From positions 512,001-576,000 of the forward strand of contig CAWEPZ010000011.1 of the NCBI GenBank assembly GCA_963811105.1: DNA of 64,000 bases, in the 5' to 3' direction. The position numbers were made by a program, and so were the translations under genes. A model generated the notes under the pieces. It was not told the DNA's origin and searched no databases. It saw only the letters and a program-made list of their open reading frames with translations. Source of the stretch: Candidatus Bathyarchaeota archaeon (lineage in GTDB: Archaea; Thermoproteota; Bathyarchaeia; Bathyarchaeales; Bathycorpusculaceae). How positions within the stretch are numbered: position 1 is the stretch's first letter; every line of letters begins with the position of its first letter. Shown piece after piece: positions 49,873 to 59,548 of this stretch.

Positions 49873-50970
49873 TGGTTTGTCCCGAAATTCCTAACGTTTA
49901 TGTTTGAGTTGGGGTCTCGTATTTTTTGAGAAACGTCCAAGCTTAGGAGGTGAGTCCTAGCGGGACAAGATGAACACGAGACCCTAGAAGTCTTTTTTCG
50001 AAACGTGGACTTAAGCTTTGCCAAGACTATGGTTTGCAGTAGCTTTCACAGTAATGGTCCGGGAAGACCTCCAAGAAATCCTTTGGGCATTCTCAAGACA
50101 TTCCTTGTCATGCGTATGAAAGGCGTTCGCAGTCTCAGGGAAATGACAAGGCTCTTAGATGTTGACAAGAGGTTGAGAAAAATATGCCTGCTTAAATCAG
50201 GCGAAGCAGCCTATTCCAGAAGTGTTCTAAGCAGGTTTACGCGAAAAGTTGGAGAAGACAACATCAATAAGATAATCGACGAGAAAGTGGTCGAGCTCTT
50301 AAAGTGCAACGGTACCCATGAGGTTGACGTTGTCTTGGATGCATCCTTCATCAAAGCCTGGAGCACTAGGGATCCAATGGATAATCAAACAGGATATTCT
50401 GACAAAGAAGCAAGGGTTGGGAGAACAGGCCGAAGCTATGCCTTAGGCTATAAGATTCATTTATCGATTGATTCAGAGACTATGCTTCCGTTGTCTTGTT
50501 TGTTTGCTTCAGCTAATCAGAATGAGAGGAGGCATTCCTTAACTATTCTTGAGAGGGCAAAGCTGGTTCTGAAGAATTCAGGAGTCAAGCTGAGAAATCT
50601 AATTGCCGACAGTCAATACAGTGATGGCAAAATTAGATCTGCAGTTGACAAAGCGGTGATTCCTTATCCATCGAACCAGAAGCCGGGTGATAAAGACCTT
50701 TTGCGTGTGGATAAGAAGTTTAGGACTTTTGGCCCTGAGGATCAGAAGAGGGAGTATCATAAGCGACCGCCAATTGAAGCAGTGAATAGCTTCTTAAAGA
50801 CTCAGTTTGGAATGGCGACGAATAAGGTTAGAGGTTTAAAACAAGTTACAGTCTACGCGTTGCTTAGCATATTTTGCTTGGTTCTTAACAGGGAAGCTGC
50901 TCAAAACATTGGAAGATTCGATAAAGCGGTTTCACCAACTTACTTCAACACTTAATATTGGGACAAGGCA
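49873..50970 (+). mobile_element. Insertion sequence (IS5/IS4-like DDE), about 1.1 kb
   Basis: Imperfect TIR TGGTTTGTCCCGAAATT / TGCCTTGTCCCAATATT; GCGCGC on both flanks. Confidence 0.75.
50005..50955 (+). CDS. DDE transposase
   Basis: GRPP, VLDAS, GYKIHL, IADSQY, Y(2)R(3)E(6)K-like YHKRPPIEAVNSFLK; frame open to 49954 behind GGAGGTGA. Confidence 0.88.
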   Translation: MDLSFAKTMVCSSFHSNGPGRPPRNPLGILKTFLVMRMKGVRSLREMTRLLDVDKRLRKICLLKSGEAAYSRSVLSRFTRKVGEDNINKIIDEKVVELLKCNGTHEVDVVLDASFIKAWSTRDPMDNQTGYSDKEARVGRTGRSYALGYKIHLSIDSETMLPLSCLFASANQNERRHSLTILERAKLVLKNSGVKLRNLIADSQYSDGKIRSAVDKAVIPYPSNQKPGDKDLLRVDKKFRTFGPEDQKREYHKRPPIEAVNSFLKTQFGMATNKVRGLKQVTVYALLSIFCLVLNREAAQNIGRFDKAVSPTYFNT

Positions 50971-51135
50971 GCGCGCGACTGTTTGGCGCTTGTCTTGCTC
51001 AAGATCGATTTGTATCCTCATCGAGTCAGAAGACACGTGATGATTTGTTTTTTTTTAATCAATCCTAATATCTGGATCGAGCCGTGCTTGAACCCAAACA
51101 TTAGCTCAATTTACTCGTTTTATAGGGGCGCGCGC

Positions 51136-51420
51136 TTATTCTTTGAAAGTTTCTATTTGTTCTAAGAAATAAACTTCTGGCTTTCCTATTACTCCTGCTT
51201 TCTCCATAATTTCGCGCAAATCTGCTGATTCCGTAAACTTTCTGGCGTTGTCGAGTGTATCCCACTCAAGGATGACCACGATCTCGTATGGGTTCTGCGA
51301 ATTGCGATAGAGGCTACCGCCTTTCGACCCGCTCTTTTTCCGCGTCGACCCATGTTTGTCGAACAGAGGTTTCCACTTCGCGTAGTCCTTGACAGTCTGC
51401 TTGACTAAAATAAAGGGCAT
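51136..51420 (-). CDS. Small dimeric alpha/beta barrel (ABM/cyclase-like) protein
   Basis: VKDYAKWKPLFD...R...NP.EIVVILEW...A.KF..S.DLRE.MEKAGV. Confidence 0.8.
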   Translation of the reverse strand: MPFILVKQTVKDYAKWKPLFDKHGSTRKKSGSKGGSLYRNSQNPYEIVVILEWDTLDNARKFTESADLREIMEKAGVIGKPEVYFLEQIETFKE

Positions 51421-51536
51421 ATAGATCTCCTATAATCAATGTCTTAGAGCGCGGATATAATGTTTTGTGACTCATGATAGCGATAACGTGGGGTAAAAGA
51501 TTTGAACGCCCGCTCTAACCTCAATCCATTGAGCGC

Positions 51537-51932
51537 TTATTTCATTGCGTATACTTTAAAGCTGGTTACGTTAGTCATCAGATTGGCTGTTCCTTCAGCC
51601 CAGCCTTTTGCAGAGTTTAACCAGGCAAGTTTTTTTGATCCTGTCATGTAACTAATCTGTGCTTGAAAGCCTCCCTGTTTTCCTGTACCCTTGCCCTGGA
51701 ACATAACAACGTCACCTTCCTTAGTAAATTCCATTGCGTGCCAATCAAATTCATTCGAACCATCTTGCTTTAAAAGTATATCGACCGTTTCTATGTGCTT
51801 TCCTGAATACTTGCCTTTAACTTCTCCTTCGGCATTAAATTGGAATTTTGCCCCGTTTTCCGAGAATTCTTTAATGATCCTAGACGTTGCTTTCTCAGTT
51901 ATTTCAAATAACAATTCACCTTTTTCCATCAA
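51537..51932 (-). CDS. Hypothetical beta-barrel protein
   Basis: GAGGT SD; TGSKKLAWLN C-terminal motif. Confidence 0.7.
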   Translation of the reverse strand: MMEKGELLFEITEKATSRIIKEFSENGAKFQFNAEGEVKGKYSGKHIETVDILLKQDGSNEFDWHAMEFTKEGDVVMFQGKGTGKQGGFQAQISYMTGSKKLAWLNSAKGWAEGTANLMTNVTSFKVYAMK

Positions 51933-52182
51933 AATACCTCGAAGACGTTTACCAATTCAAATTATTATCTTTATGTGATTAAAAGATGAACAAACAAATT
52001 TTGCGGAAGTCATCTTGTATAAGACATTACGTCACAATTTGAGTTCAACGTGCATTATGGTCCTACGGGATCTATTGCAAGCCTTCAACCGCTTTTGTTG
52101 CAGGTGAACTTGAAAGGGGTCGTTTAAGACATTAAGCGAATCCGATGGCGGGCCCGCTGCGCGCGCTGCCAATCGATCGCCT

Positions 52183-52914
52183 TCATTTCCATTTTGTAAG
52201 TATCTCTTCCCTGCTGAAAGTGGCTTTGCTCAAAAAATAAAGCGTCACATCGATAGTCAGCACAACCGCCGAGAAAATCAGAAGGTTACCGATGCTAAAC
52301 GAAAAGATTCCCTGCGCTCCCAAAAAGAAGATGACAACAAACGGGATAAACATGAGTCCCGCAATCTGGTTTGCGCCTCGAACGTCACTTACCCGCGATG
52401 ATGCAATCACTGCCACTTCAATGCTGAGGACTGCCGCAAGGGGAGCGAGAAGCAACAGCATAATGCCTGCGTTCCAATTTGGAAAATAATAGTAGCCCAA
52501 TCCTGCATTGAGCAAGATGTAGTCTGTTGCCGCCATAAAAATTGATGCTGCTACCCAAATGGAAGCAATGGGCAGTACGAAGGATGCGATACCTTTTCCG
52601 AGAAGAATCTCACCGTCAGTTGTTGGCGTCGCAAGCAACGGCTCCAGCGTCTTCTCTATTTTCTCGCCCACTATGCTGTACGCTGCAATCGTGCTGGGAA
52701 GTACAGTGGCTAAAATAATGAAGAGGTAAATAATCGATTCTGTGCCAAGCGAAATTGACCCTGGGATTCCATGGGCTGTTAGATTCTTGACCTCAAGCGA
52801 GAAAGCAACCGCAATGAGTAGAGGAAGCCCGATATTATAGAAGATGATGCTTCTTTTTCTGCTGATTACCTTCAACTCTTTACGAGCTATCTTCCACGGT
52901 ATCCAGCTCGTCAT
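52183..52914 (-). CDS. ABC-2 type transporter permease
   Basis: SIVGEKIEKTLEPLLATPTTDGEILLGK. Confidence 0.92.
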   Translation of the reverse strand: MTSWIPWKIARKELKVISRKRSIIFYNIGLPLLIAVAFSLEVKNLTAHGIPGSISLGTESIIYLFIILATVLPSTIAAYSIVGEKIEKTLEPLLATPTTDGEILLGKGIASFVLPIASIWVAASIFMAATDYILLNAGLGYYYFPNWNAGIMLLLLAPLAAVLSIEVAVIASSRVSDVRGANQIAGLMFIPFVVIFFLGAQGIFSFSIGNLLIFSAVVLTIDVTLYFLSKATFSREEILTKWK

Positions 52915-53837
52915 TGTGCGTTCTCCCTCACAAGTTTCATGTAAGCTTCTTCCAGTGAACTGCTGGTCACAGTGACTGTTTCAATGCGTCCTCCAGCTGA
53001 GACAACTGCGTCGACAATGTCAGGATTCTCCTCCCCAGGATCCAAAACATCAAAAGTCAACTTGTTATCCTTTCTAACTAGATTCTTCACCTTTAATTTC
53101 TTGAGGGAATCCAAAACCGCTTCGCTCACCTGTCTCATCTCAATCACTGTTTTCCTTCCATGAACAGATTGTTCGAGTTCTTCGGGCGTACCCAAAGCCA
53201 TCAGCTTTGTGTTCAAGATAGCAATCCTATCACAGATTCTTTGCGCTTCCTCGAGGTTGTGTGTGTTGAGGAAAATAGTCTTCTTCTCCTTCTTCAGTTG
53301 GAGAATGAATTCCCTGACGGATTTTGAAGCTTCGGGATCGAGATTTGCAGTCGGTTCATCCATGAAAACTATTTTTGGGTCATGGATCATAGAGCGTGCT
53401 ATGGCAAGCTTCTGCTTCATTCCCTTGGAAAAAGTTCCCACCAGGACGTTTCTCTTCTCCCAGAGGTCAAGCAACTTGAGGAAGTACTCGTTGCTCTCTT
53501 TTCGCTGGGAATCAGTCCGCTTGTAGAGTGTTCCGTAGTAATCCAAGTTCTCATAGGCAGTGAGGGACTCGTAGAGTCCCACGTTGTCCGGAACGAGACC
53601 TATTATCTTCCTGATTTTCAGAGCGGTTTCTTCGTTGCCGATCTCGTAACCACCAATTTTGGCTTTGCCGCTTGTCTTGGATATCAGGCAGCATAGCATT
53701 CTGATAGTGGTTGTCTTTCCTGCGCCATTAGGTCCAAGAAGTCCAAAGACTTCGCCCTCGTCTACTCTTAGGGTTAAATTGTCAACGGCAGTCAGGTCCC
53801 CGAACTTTCTTGTAAGATTCTCAGTTTCAATCATCAT
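52911..53837 (-). CDS. ABC transporter ATP-binding protein
   Basis: Walker A/B and signature motifs intact. Confidence 0.94.
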   Translation of the reverse strand: MMIETENLTRKFGDLTAVDNLTLRVDEGEVFGLLGPNGAGKTTTIRMLCCLISKTSGKAKIGGYEIGNEETALKIRKIIGLVPDNVGLYESLTAYENLDYYGTLYKRTDSQRKESNEYFLKLLDLWEKRNVLVGTFSKGMKQKLAIARSMIHDPKIVFMDEPTANLDPEASKSVREFILQLKKEKKTIFLNTHNLEEAQRICDRIAILNTKLMALGTPEELEQSVHGRKTVIEMRQVSEAVLDSLKKLKVKNLVRKDNKLTFDVLDPGEENPDIVDAVVSAGGRIETVTVTSSSLEEAYMKLVRENAQ

Positions 53838-54251
53838 CGATCAGCCTTATTGAGCCTCATTCTCCTTTTTTACTAGAAAAACTCCATCAGCATTTGAAAT
53901 ATCATGTGTCACAGCCTGCTCCACATAAACAATCTTCAAAAATCACCAAAAAAACAAACGTTAACCAACTAATAAAGTTGTTTTGGTTAATGCCTCATAG
54001 AAACTTGGTGCTTTTGTTTGCTAATCGAGATGTTTCCTCAAAACGCACGCTTATACAGTTTTAGTTTAAATTAAGAATATTTGGAATTAGCTCGCGCGCT
54101 CCTTAACTGCTTGCCTTATTTGTTCTAAAACAGTTTGAACGCTCTTCTGAGGCTTGCCTTCCAAGTATTATCTCATTACCCTCCTTGCAGAGCGCATATA
54201 ATGTTGTAATTTATGGCCAATATAGCAAAATAACCTCAAATTTAGGTTATT

Positions 54252-54292
54252 TGGTGCCGAGGGCTAGATTGACACCGTCGTTTGAGCCGTCG
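54252..54292 (-). repeat. tRNA-3'-end mimic of a tRNA not present in this window
   Basis: TGGTGCCGAGGGC-TAGATTGAC-ACCGTCG-TTTGAGCCGTCG: same double-T-arm architecture as the Arg/Ser mimics. Confidence 0.65.
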
Positions 54293-54421
54293 TTATAACA
54301 TTATCTAAAAACACGAGTAGGTCGTACCGGGCTTAACCCGTAATCAGACTGTGTGAAAACTATGTTAGGTTTTCGATAGAATGATAGTTTTATATGTATA
54401 ATTGAGTGATATTAGCTATAT

Positions 54422-54607
54422 ATGCCTAAGAAAATAGTTTTTGAGCCAGCAACAGAAATCAAAGTCACCGGAATAATAGGCTTCCTAAAAAGAAAAGTAA
54501 CAGCCTACGGAACAGGCGCCAAAGTCACCTGCCCAAAAGAATACCTCGGCAAAACAGTCTACATAGTCATAGTAGATGAACCTGCCGAAGGAGACGAACA
54601 GCAATGA
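54422..54607 (+). CDS. DUF2080-like transposase-associated small protein
   Basis: Identical to 11189-11374. Confidence 0.8.
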   Translation: MPKKIVFEPATEIKVTGIIGFLKRKVTAYGTGAKVTCPKEYLGKTVYIVIVDEPAEGDEQQ

Positions 54608-56067
54608 GCGAACACGTTGACGGAACACACCGAGACCAAACCATACTCTTCCCAGACACCCTCGACAAATACGTTGATGCAGAAAACCCAGTCAGGTTCA
54701 TTGACGCCTTCATAGACAGCCTCAATCTAGAGAAGCTCGGCTTCAAACACTCAATTCTTGCTGACACAGGAAGACCATCTTACAATCCTTCAGACCTTCT
54801 AAAACTCTACACATATGGCTATCTGAACCAGATCCGGTCCAGCAGAAAATTTGAAAGAGAATGCTACCGCAACGTCGAGGTAATGTGGTTAATGAAGAAG
54901 CTCGCTCCAGACCACAAAACCATTGCCGACTTCAGAAAAGACAACGTCGACTGTATAAAGCCTGTATTCAAAGAATTCGTCTACCTATGCCGATCACTCG
55001 ACCTCTATGGTGCTCAGCTCATTGCCATAGATGGCAGCAAATTCAAGGCTGTAAACTCGAAGAGCAACAATTTCAACGAGAACACAGTTGCGTTGAGACT
55101 TAAACGGACCGAGGAGAAGATAGCAGAATACCTCAGGCTGATGGATGAGAATGACAAAGCCGACTCAGGCAAAAATGATAGCCTCAAAGTCAATGACCTT
55201 AAAGAAAGGATAGGCCGGCTTGAAGAGAAAAAGCAGCAGTACGAGCATGCTCAGAACCAGATGAAGGCGACAGGGCAGAAGGAGGTTTCGCTTGTGGATC
55301 CAGATAGCCGTTTGATGCGAGTCGACAGCCAAAGGCTGGATGTTTGCTATAATGTCCAAACGTCTGTGGATGCCAAGAAGCATCTCATTGTGGATTATGA
55401 CGTGATAAACAATTCAACTGATCACCATCAATTAGTCAACGATGCTAAAGCAGCAAAGCAGACTCTTGGAGTTGAAAGATTGGAGGTAACGACCGACAAA
55501 GGGTTCTATGTTATGAAGGATTTGAAAGATTGTGAGGCTGAAGGCATAACTGTGTTTATGCCCATTCCTGCAGTTGTGAATCCGCATAAGCGTTTTGGGG
55601 TGCCGGAGCCTGGATTCTATACTGACAGGTTCGTGTATGACTCGGTTAGGGACGTTTATGTTTGTCCTGCTGGTGAGGATCTGGGGTTTTGGAAGTGCCT
55701 TCATAAGGGTAAACCGGAGCGAGGCAGAGTTTACAAGACGCTTTGTTGCGAGGTGTGTGGTTTTAGGAGCAAGTGCACTAGGAATAAGCGTGGCAGGATT
55801 ATTTTTAGGGGGGAATTCGAGGACGCTGTTGAACGGCTCAGATCACGGTTGGGAACTTCTGAGGGAAAAGAGAAGTTGCACCGTAGAAGGGAGATAGTGG
55901 AGCATCCTTTTGGATCCATGAAGCGGGCTTTCAATCAGGGTTATTTGCTCTTGAAGGGGCTTAGGAAGGTTAAAGGAGAGGTTGGGTTTACGATGTTGGC
56001 TTACAACATGCGAAGGGCTATCAACATTCTTGGGGTTGGCGTGTTAATGGCTTTAGTAAAAGCATGA
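54604..56067 (+). CDS. IS1182-family DDE transposase
   Basis: Identical to 11371-12834. Confidence 0.93.
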   Translation: MSEHVDGTHRDQTILFPDTLDKYVDAENPVRFIDAFIDSLNLEKLGFKHSILADTGRPSYNPSDLLKLYTYGYLNQIRSSRKFERECYRNVEVMWLMKKLAPDHKTIADFRKDNVDCIKPVFKEFVYLCRSLDLYGAQLIAIDGSKFKAVNSKSNNFNENTVALRLKRTEEKIAEYLRLMDENDKADSGKNDSLKVNDLKERIGRLEEKKQQYEHAQNQMKATGQKEVSLVDPDSRLMRVDSQRLDVCYNVQTSVDAKKHLIVDYDVINNSTDHHQLVNDAKAAKQTLGVERLEVTTDKGFYVMKDLKDCEAEGITVFMPIPAVVNPHKRFGVPEPGFYTDRFVYDSVRDVYVCPAGEDLGFWKCLHKGKPERGRVYKTLCCEVCGFRSKCTRNKRGRIIFRGEFEDAVERLRSRLGTSEGKEKLHRRREIVEHPFGSMKRAFNQGYLLLKGLRKVKGEVGFTMLAYNMRRAINILGVGVLMALVKA

Positions 56068-56383
56068 AAAAAGGCAAGACGAAAGCAACTATCAATTACA
56101 GACGAGTTTGAAGGTCAAGTATAATTCTTTCTAATCCTAAGTTTTTACACAGTCTGTAATCGGTATGAGTCCCTAAATTGAACTTTGAATAAGACTAATC
56201 TTTTCGATTTTTGACCAAATGTAGGTGCCCCTCCCCATACCCAAAAGTGTTTAAAACATTTTATTAACACTTGACTTCTGATTTTTCTTCAGGAGCTGAG
56301 TGAGGATCCTATCCCCATTTTACCACTAAAAAGACGCTCACATGAATTATTTTGGGCTCTACGGTGCGTCGCTTGTACTGTTT

Positions 56384-56569
56384 TTAAGTCTTTTTCTTGC
56401 TTGGCTTATAAAGAATTCTGGCAATAGGCAATACCACTCCAAAGACGGGTAATACGAGCGCATCTTGGATGCCTTTTGCAAAAAAAAAGACGATGCCCAA
56501 AACTATTAGTACGGTTCCAAACGCAAGGAGTCTCCCCTTATTTGTCTGATAATATTTACTCGGATCCAA
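56384..56569 (-). CDS. Small two-TM membrane protein
   Basis: GGAGGTG SD before TTG; 2 TM. Confidence 0.65.
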   Translation of the reverse strand: MDPSKYYQTNKGRLLAFGTVLIVLGIVFFFAKGIQDALVLPVFGVVLPIARILYKPSKKKT

Positions 56570-56772
56570 TGTTCCACCTCCACCCTCTTCGCTTCCAACT
56601 TTGCTACTTCCACTTTGGCCCGTGCTGCCTTGTTCCGATATTTACGGCTGAAAGATTACGGGTTAGTTAGCTAAACTTTTAATCTTTTGCGCTGGCGATG
56701 CAGTTTCAGGTTTTTGAGCACCTTTGCCACCTACAGTGACTTTGGTAGACGAGAAGACTCAGTATTTTTTTC

Positions 56773-56898
56773 TCATTTCTTTCTATTCCATCTGCGGTTA
56801 CCAGGGGGTCCTATAAGAAAATAACCTATCAACATGATAACAATAGTTACAACGACAATTATCACAACTGCTACTTCAGACGTTACGCTCACCTCCAT
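56773..56898 (-). CDS. Small single-TM peptide (41 aa), copy 2
   Basis: MEVSVTSEVAVVIIVVVTIVIMLIGYFLIGPPGNRRWNRKK*. Confidence 0.7.
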   Translation of the reverse strand: MEVSVTSEVAVVIIVVVTIVIMLIGYFLIGPPGNRRWNRKK

Positions 56899-57034
56899 TT
56901 TTAGTATCTAAGTCTAAATATTTCTGCAATGACGAAAAGTGTGATACATTAATGATTTTTTTGCCATTCATTTCTTTCATTTACAGCGACCTCTCATGAA
57001 TTGTGCTTTTCACTTCTCCACAGATAAAGAGTCT

Positions 57035-57778
57035 TTACTTCCATTTTGTTAGTATTTCATCCCTTCGGAAAGTTGCTGTACTAACATAGAACAGCGCCAC
57101 ATCAACCGCTAAGAGAATGCCCGAAATTATGAGCAAGCCGTTTACGTCAAGAGTTATTACGCTTGTCTCGCTGAGAAGGTATATACCCAGTAGGGGGAAG
57201 AGAATAAAAATTCCAAAACTGTTAGCGCTGCGCACATCATTAACTCGCGATGAAACAATGACGCTGAACAGAACACTCAAAACAATGGCGACTGGCATCA
57301 GAACCAGGAGCAAAGTGGCAATGTTCCAGTTTGGAAAATAATAGTAGCCAAGCGTACTGAAAGTAACCACATCAATACCCACCATGAAAACAGCTGCAGC
57401 CGCATACATTGCTATTAAAGTCGGAATAACTGCGGAAATGGCTTTTCCAAGCAAAATTTCTCCATCATTAAGGGGCGTAGATAGAAGCGGTTCCAAACTC
57501 TTCTCCACTTTCTCCCCCACAATACTGTAGGAGGCAATCCCTAAGGGAACGTACGCTGCTCCAATAACTAAAAAGAAGGAAAAAGAGTTAAGCAAATTTG
57601 GAAGCACACTAGGCGCTGCGAGTCCAGGGCTCCCCCTTAATGCTAAATACTCCAGTATCACCGGAAACAGGACCGAGATGACAACGGGAAAGATGATGAT
57701 TGAAGTCCAGACGTTTTTTACCCGCCTAAATATCTTGAAGTCCCTAGCTGCTACAATCCACGCCTTTGAAAGTCGCAT
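57035..57778 (-). CDS. ABC-2 type transporter permease (close paralog of 14979-15722)
   Basis: Nearly identical protein. Confidence 0.92.
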   Translation of the reverse strand: MRLSKAWIVAARDFKIFRRVKNVWTSIIIFPVVISVLFPVILEYLALRGSPGLAAPSVLPNLLNSFSFFLVIGAAYVPLGIASYSIVGEKVEKSLEPLLSTPLNDGEILLGKAISAVIPTLIAMYAAAAVFMVGIDVVTFSTLGYYYFPNWNIATLLLVLMPVAIVLSVLFSVIVSSRVNDVRSANSFGIFILFPLLGIYLLSETSVITLDVNGLLIISGILLAVDVALFYVSTATFRRDEILTKWK

Positions 57779-57780
57779 AT

Positions 57781-58699
57781 TTATTTCCTCACAAGTTTTA
57801 GGTAGGTATCTTCCAAAGTTGAGCCCACTACATTGATTGATTTGACATGACCGCCTGCCAGCACTACAGCCCCTACGGCAGGCGAATTTTCCTTGTCTGG
57901 GTCTTCCACACTAAATGTTACTTTGTCACCGTCGATGGACAGGTTTTTGAGCGGAAGTTTTTTCAGTGCTCCCAAAACGGCATCGTTTATTTGTTGTTCC
58001 AATCCGATAACTGTCTTCTTGCCGCTAACGGACCTTTCAAGTTCCTGCGGAGTGCCTATTGCCCTAAGGCTCGTATTCATTATTGCTACCCTGTCGCAGA
58101 TTTTCTGCGCCTCGTCGAGGTTGTGGGTGTTTAGAAAGATTGTCTTTTTCTCTTTTTTTAGTTGAAGAATGAAATCTCGCACTGTTTTTGCAGCCTCAGG
58201 ATCTAGATTTGCTGTAGGCTCGTCCATGAAAAGTACTTGCGGGTCATGAATTAGGGCCCGGGCTATGGCGAGTTTTTGTTTCATCCCCTTCGAGAAAGTT
58301 CCTGCTAAAACGTTTCTCTTATCCCAAAGCCCTAACATCTCAAGGAAACGCTGGACGTTCTCTTTCCTATGAGCCGCGGTGCAATCACATATTTTTCCGT
58401 AAAAGTCTAGGTTATCGTATGCTGTTAGATGTTCAGATAACCCAACGTTATCTGGAACTAGCCCAATGATTTTTTCTAATTTTTAAATCGTCTGCCTTGT
58501 TGCCTATTTCATATCCGCTTATTGTTGCTGTTCCGCTTGTTTTAGAAATTAGACAGCAAAGCATCCTTACAGTTGTTGTTTTTCCTGCGCCATTGGGTCC
58601 GAGGAAGCCAAAAACTTCGCCATCGTCAACATGAAGGGTAAGGTTGTCTACGGCTGTTAGATCTCCGAATTTTTTTGTGAGGTTTTCTGTGTCAATCAA
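57781..58699 (-). pseudogene. ABC ATP-binding protein with a single frameshift
   Basis: One extra A in an A6 run near 58470 (AGAAAAAATCATT) splits the gene into two ORFs. Confidence 0.85.
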
Positions 58700-58871
58700 T
58701 TAGAAATCACCTTTGGCAGATTATTCGGATGTCTTATTATGTCTGGGGTGAATGCTTGTATTTAAGGCTAAATGTTATAAATAGGTTCAAGGCAAATTTG
58801 GACCCCAAAATTTTTAATGTTGCTGAGGAGTCAATGAAATTAAGCACTTATTTGTTGGCGAGGCAAAATTT

Positions 58872-59135
58872 TTGACAACTTCTATTGTTGAATGTCCGCA
58901 TTGCCATTATAGGTTCAATTACGAGTTTATTCCCGGAGCGTCTTTTGCCGCTATACGTCTTGGTCCGAAAAGAATATTCAAATGTCCTAACTGCAAGGAG
59001 CTTCATAACGTTAGAATTTCTCATTTCGGAACAGACCCATCGCTTCCGACTCATGGCGATAACTCTGAAACGTCAATAGGCGGTAAAATATGGGCATTGC
59101 TACTTGGTTCATTAAATTCTTCCTTTTTATTTTAG
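58872..59135 (+). CDS. Zinc-ribbon protein, probably 3'-truncated
   Basis: CPHC..IRLGP..FKCPNC (related to 46635-47003); TM appears cut short. Confidence 0.6.
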   Translation: MTTSIVECPHCHYRFNYEFIPGASFAAIRLGPKRIFKCPNCKELHNVRISHFGTDPSLPTHGDNSETSIGGKIWALLLGSLNSSFLF

Positions 59136-59189
59136 CGAGCTTTGAAGCCAAAACAACTTTAAGTTTCTTGTCTTGATAATTATCTATTA

Positions 59190-59546
59190 GTGGTCATCTT
59201 GGTTAACGCTCAAAATAGTTGCAATGCTGAAGCGGCTCAGAAAATTCTCCGTCAAATTCCCTATGCTCAGGGCTTCCACTTCTTTATGCCAGACGGCCAT
59301 TATTCAGGTGAAACAGCAATGTCCCTTGGTTCATTCTTAAGAGATTTGGGAAGCATTGATGAACAATCGATAAAATTCCACTTTGATCGCGGTGACTATC
59401 AGAAGTGGTTAAGAACGACAGTCGGCGATGAGGAACTCGCCCTAACAATTGACAAATTGGACAAAAATATTCCAGAAGAAAATCTCCGAGAAAAGTTGGC
59501 GGACATAGTGCAAAAAAGAATTTCAGAATTGCAGTCAACGCATTAA
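59190..59546 (+). CDS. DUF5752-like protein
   Basis: GFHFF...A.SL..F...L..I...SI.FH..RGD...W....GD.ELA. Confidence 0.8.
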   Translation: MVILVNAQNSCNAEAAQKILRQIPYAQGFHFFMPDGHYSGETAMSLGSFLRDLGSIDEQSIKFHFDRGDYQKWLRTTVGDEELALTIDKLDKNIPEENLREKLADIVQKRISELQSTH

Positions 59547-59548
59547 AT

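Larger units (their letters stand above)
54345..56156 (+). mobile_element. IS1182-family insertion sequence, copy 2 (1812 bp)
   Basis: Same TIRs and identical ORF translations as copy 1; TSD TAAT. Confidence 0.92.
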
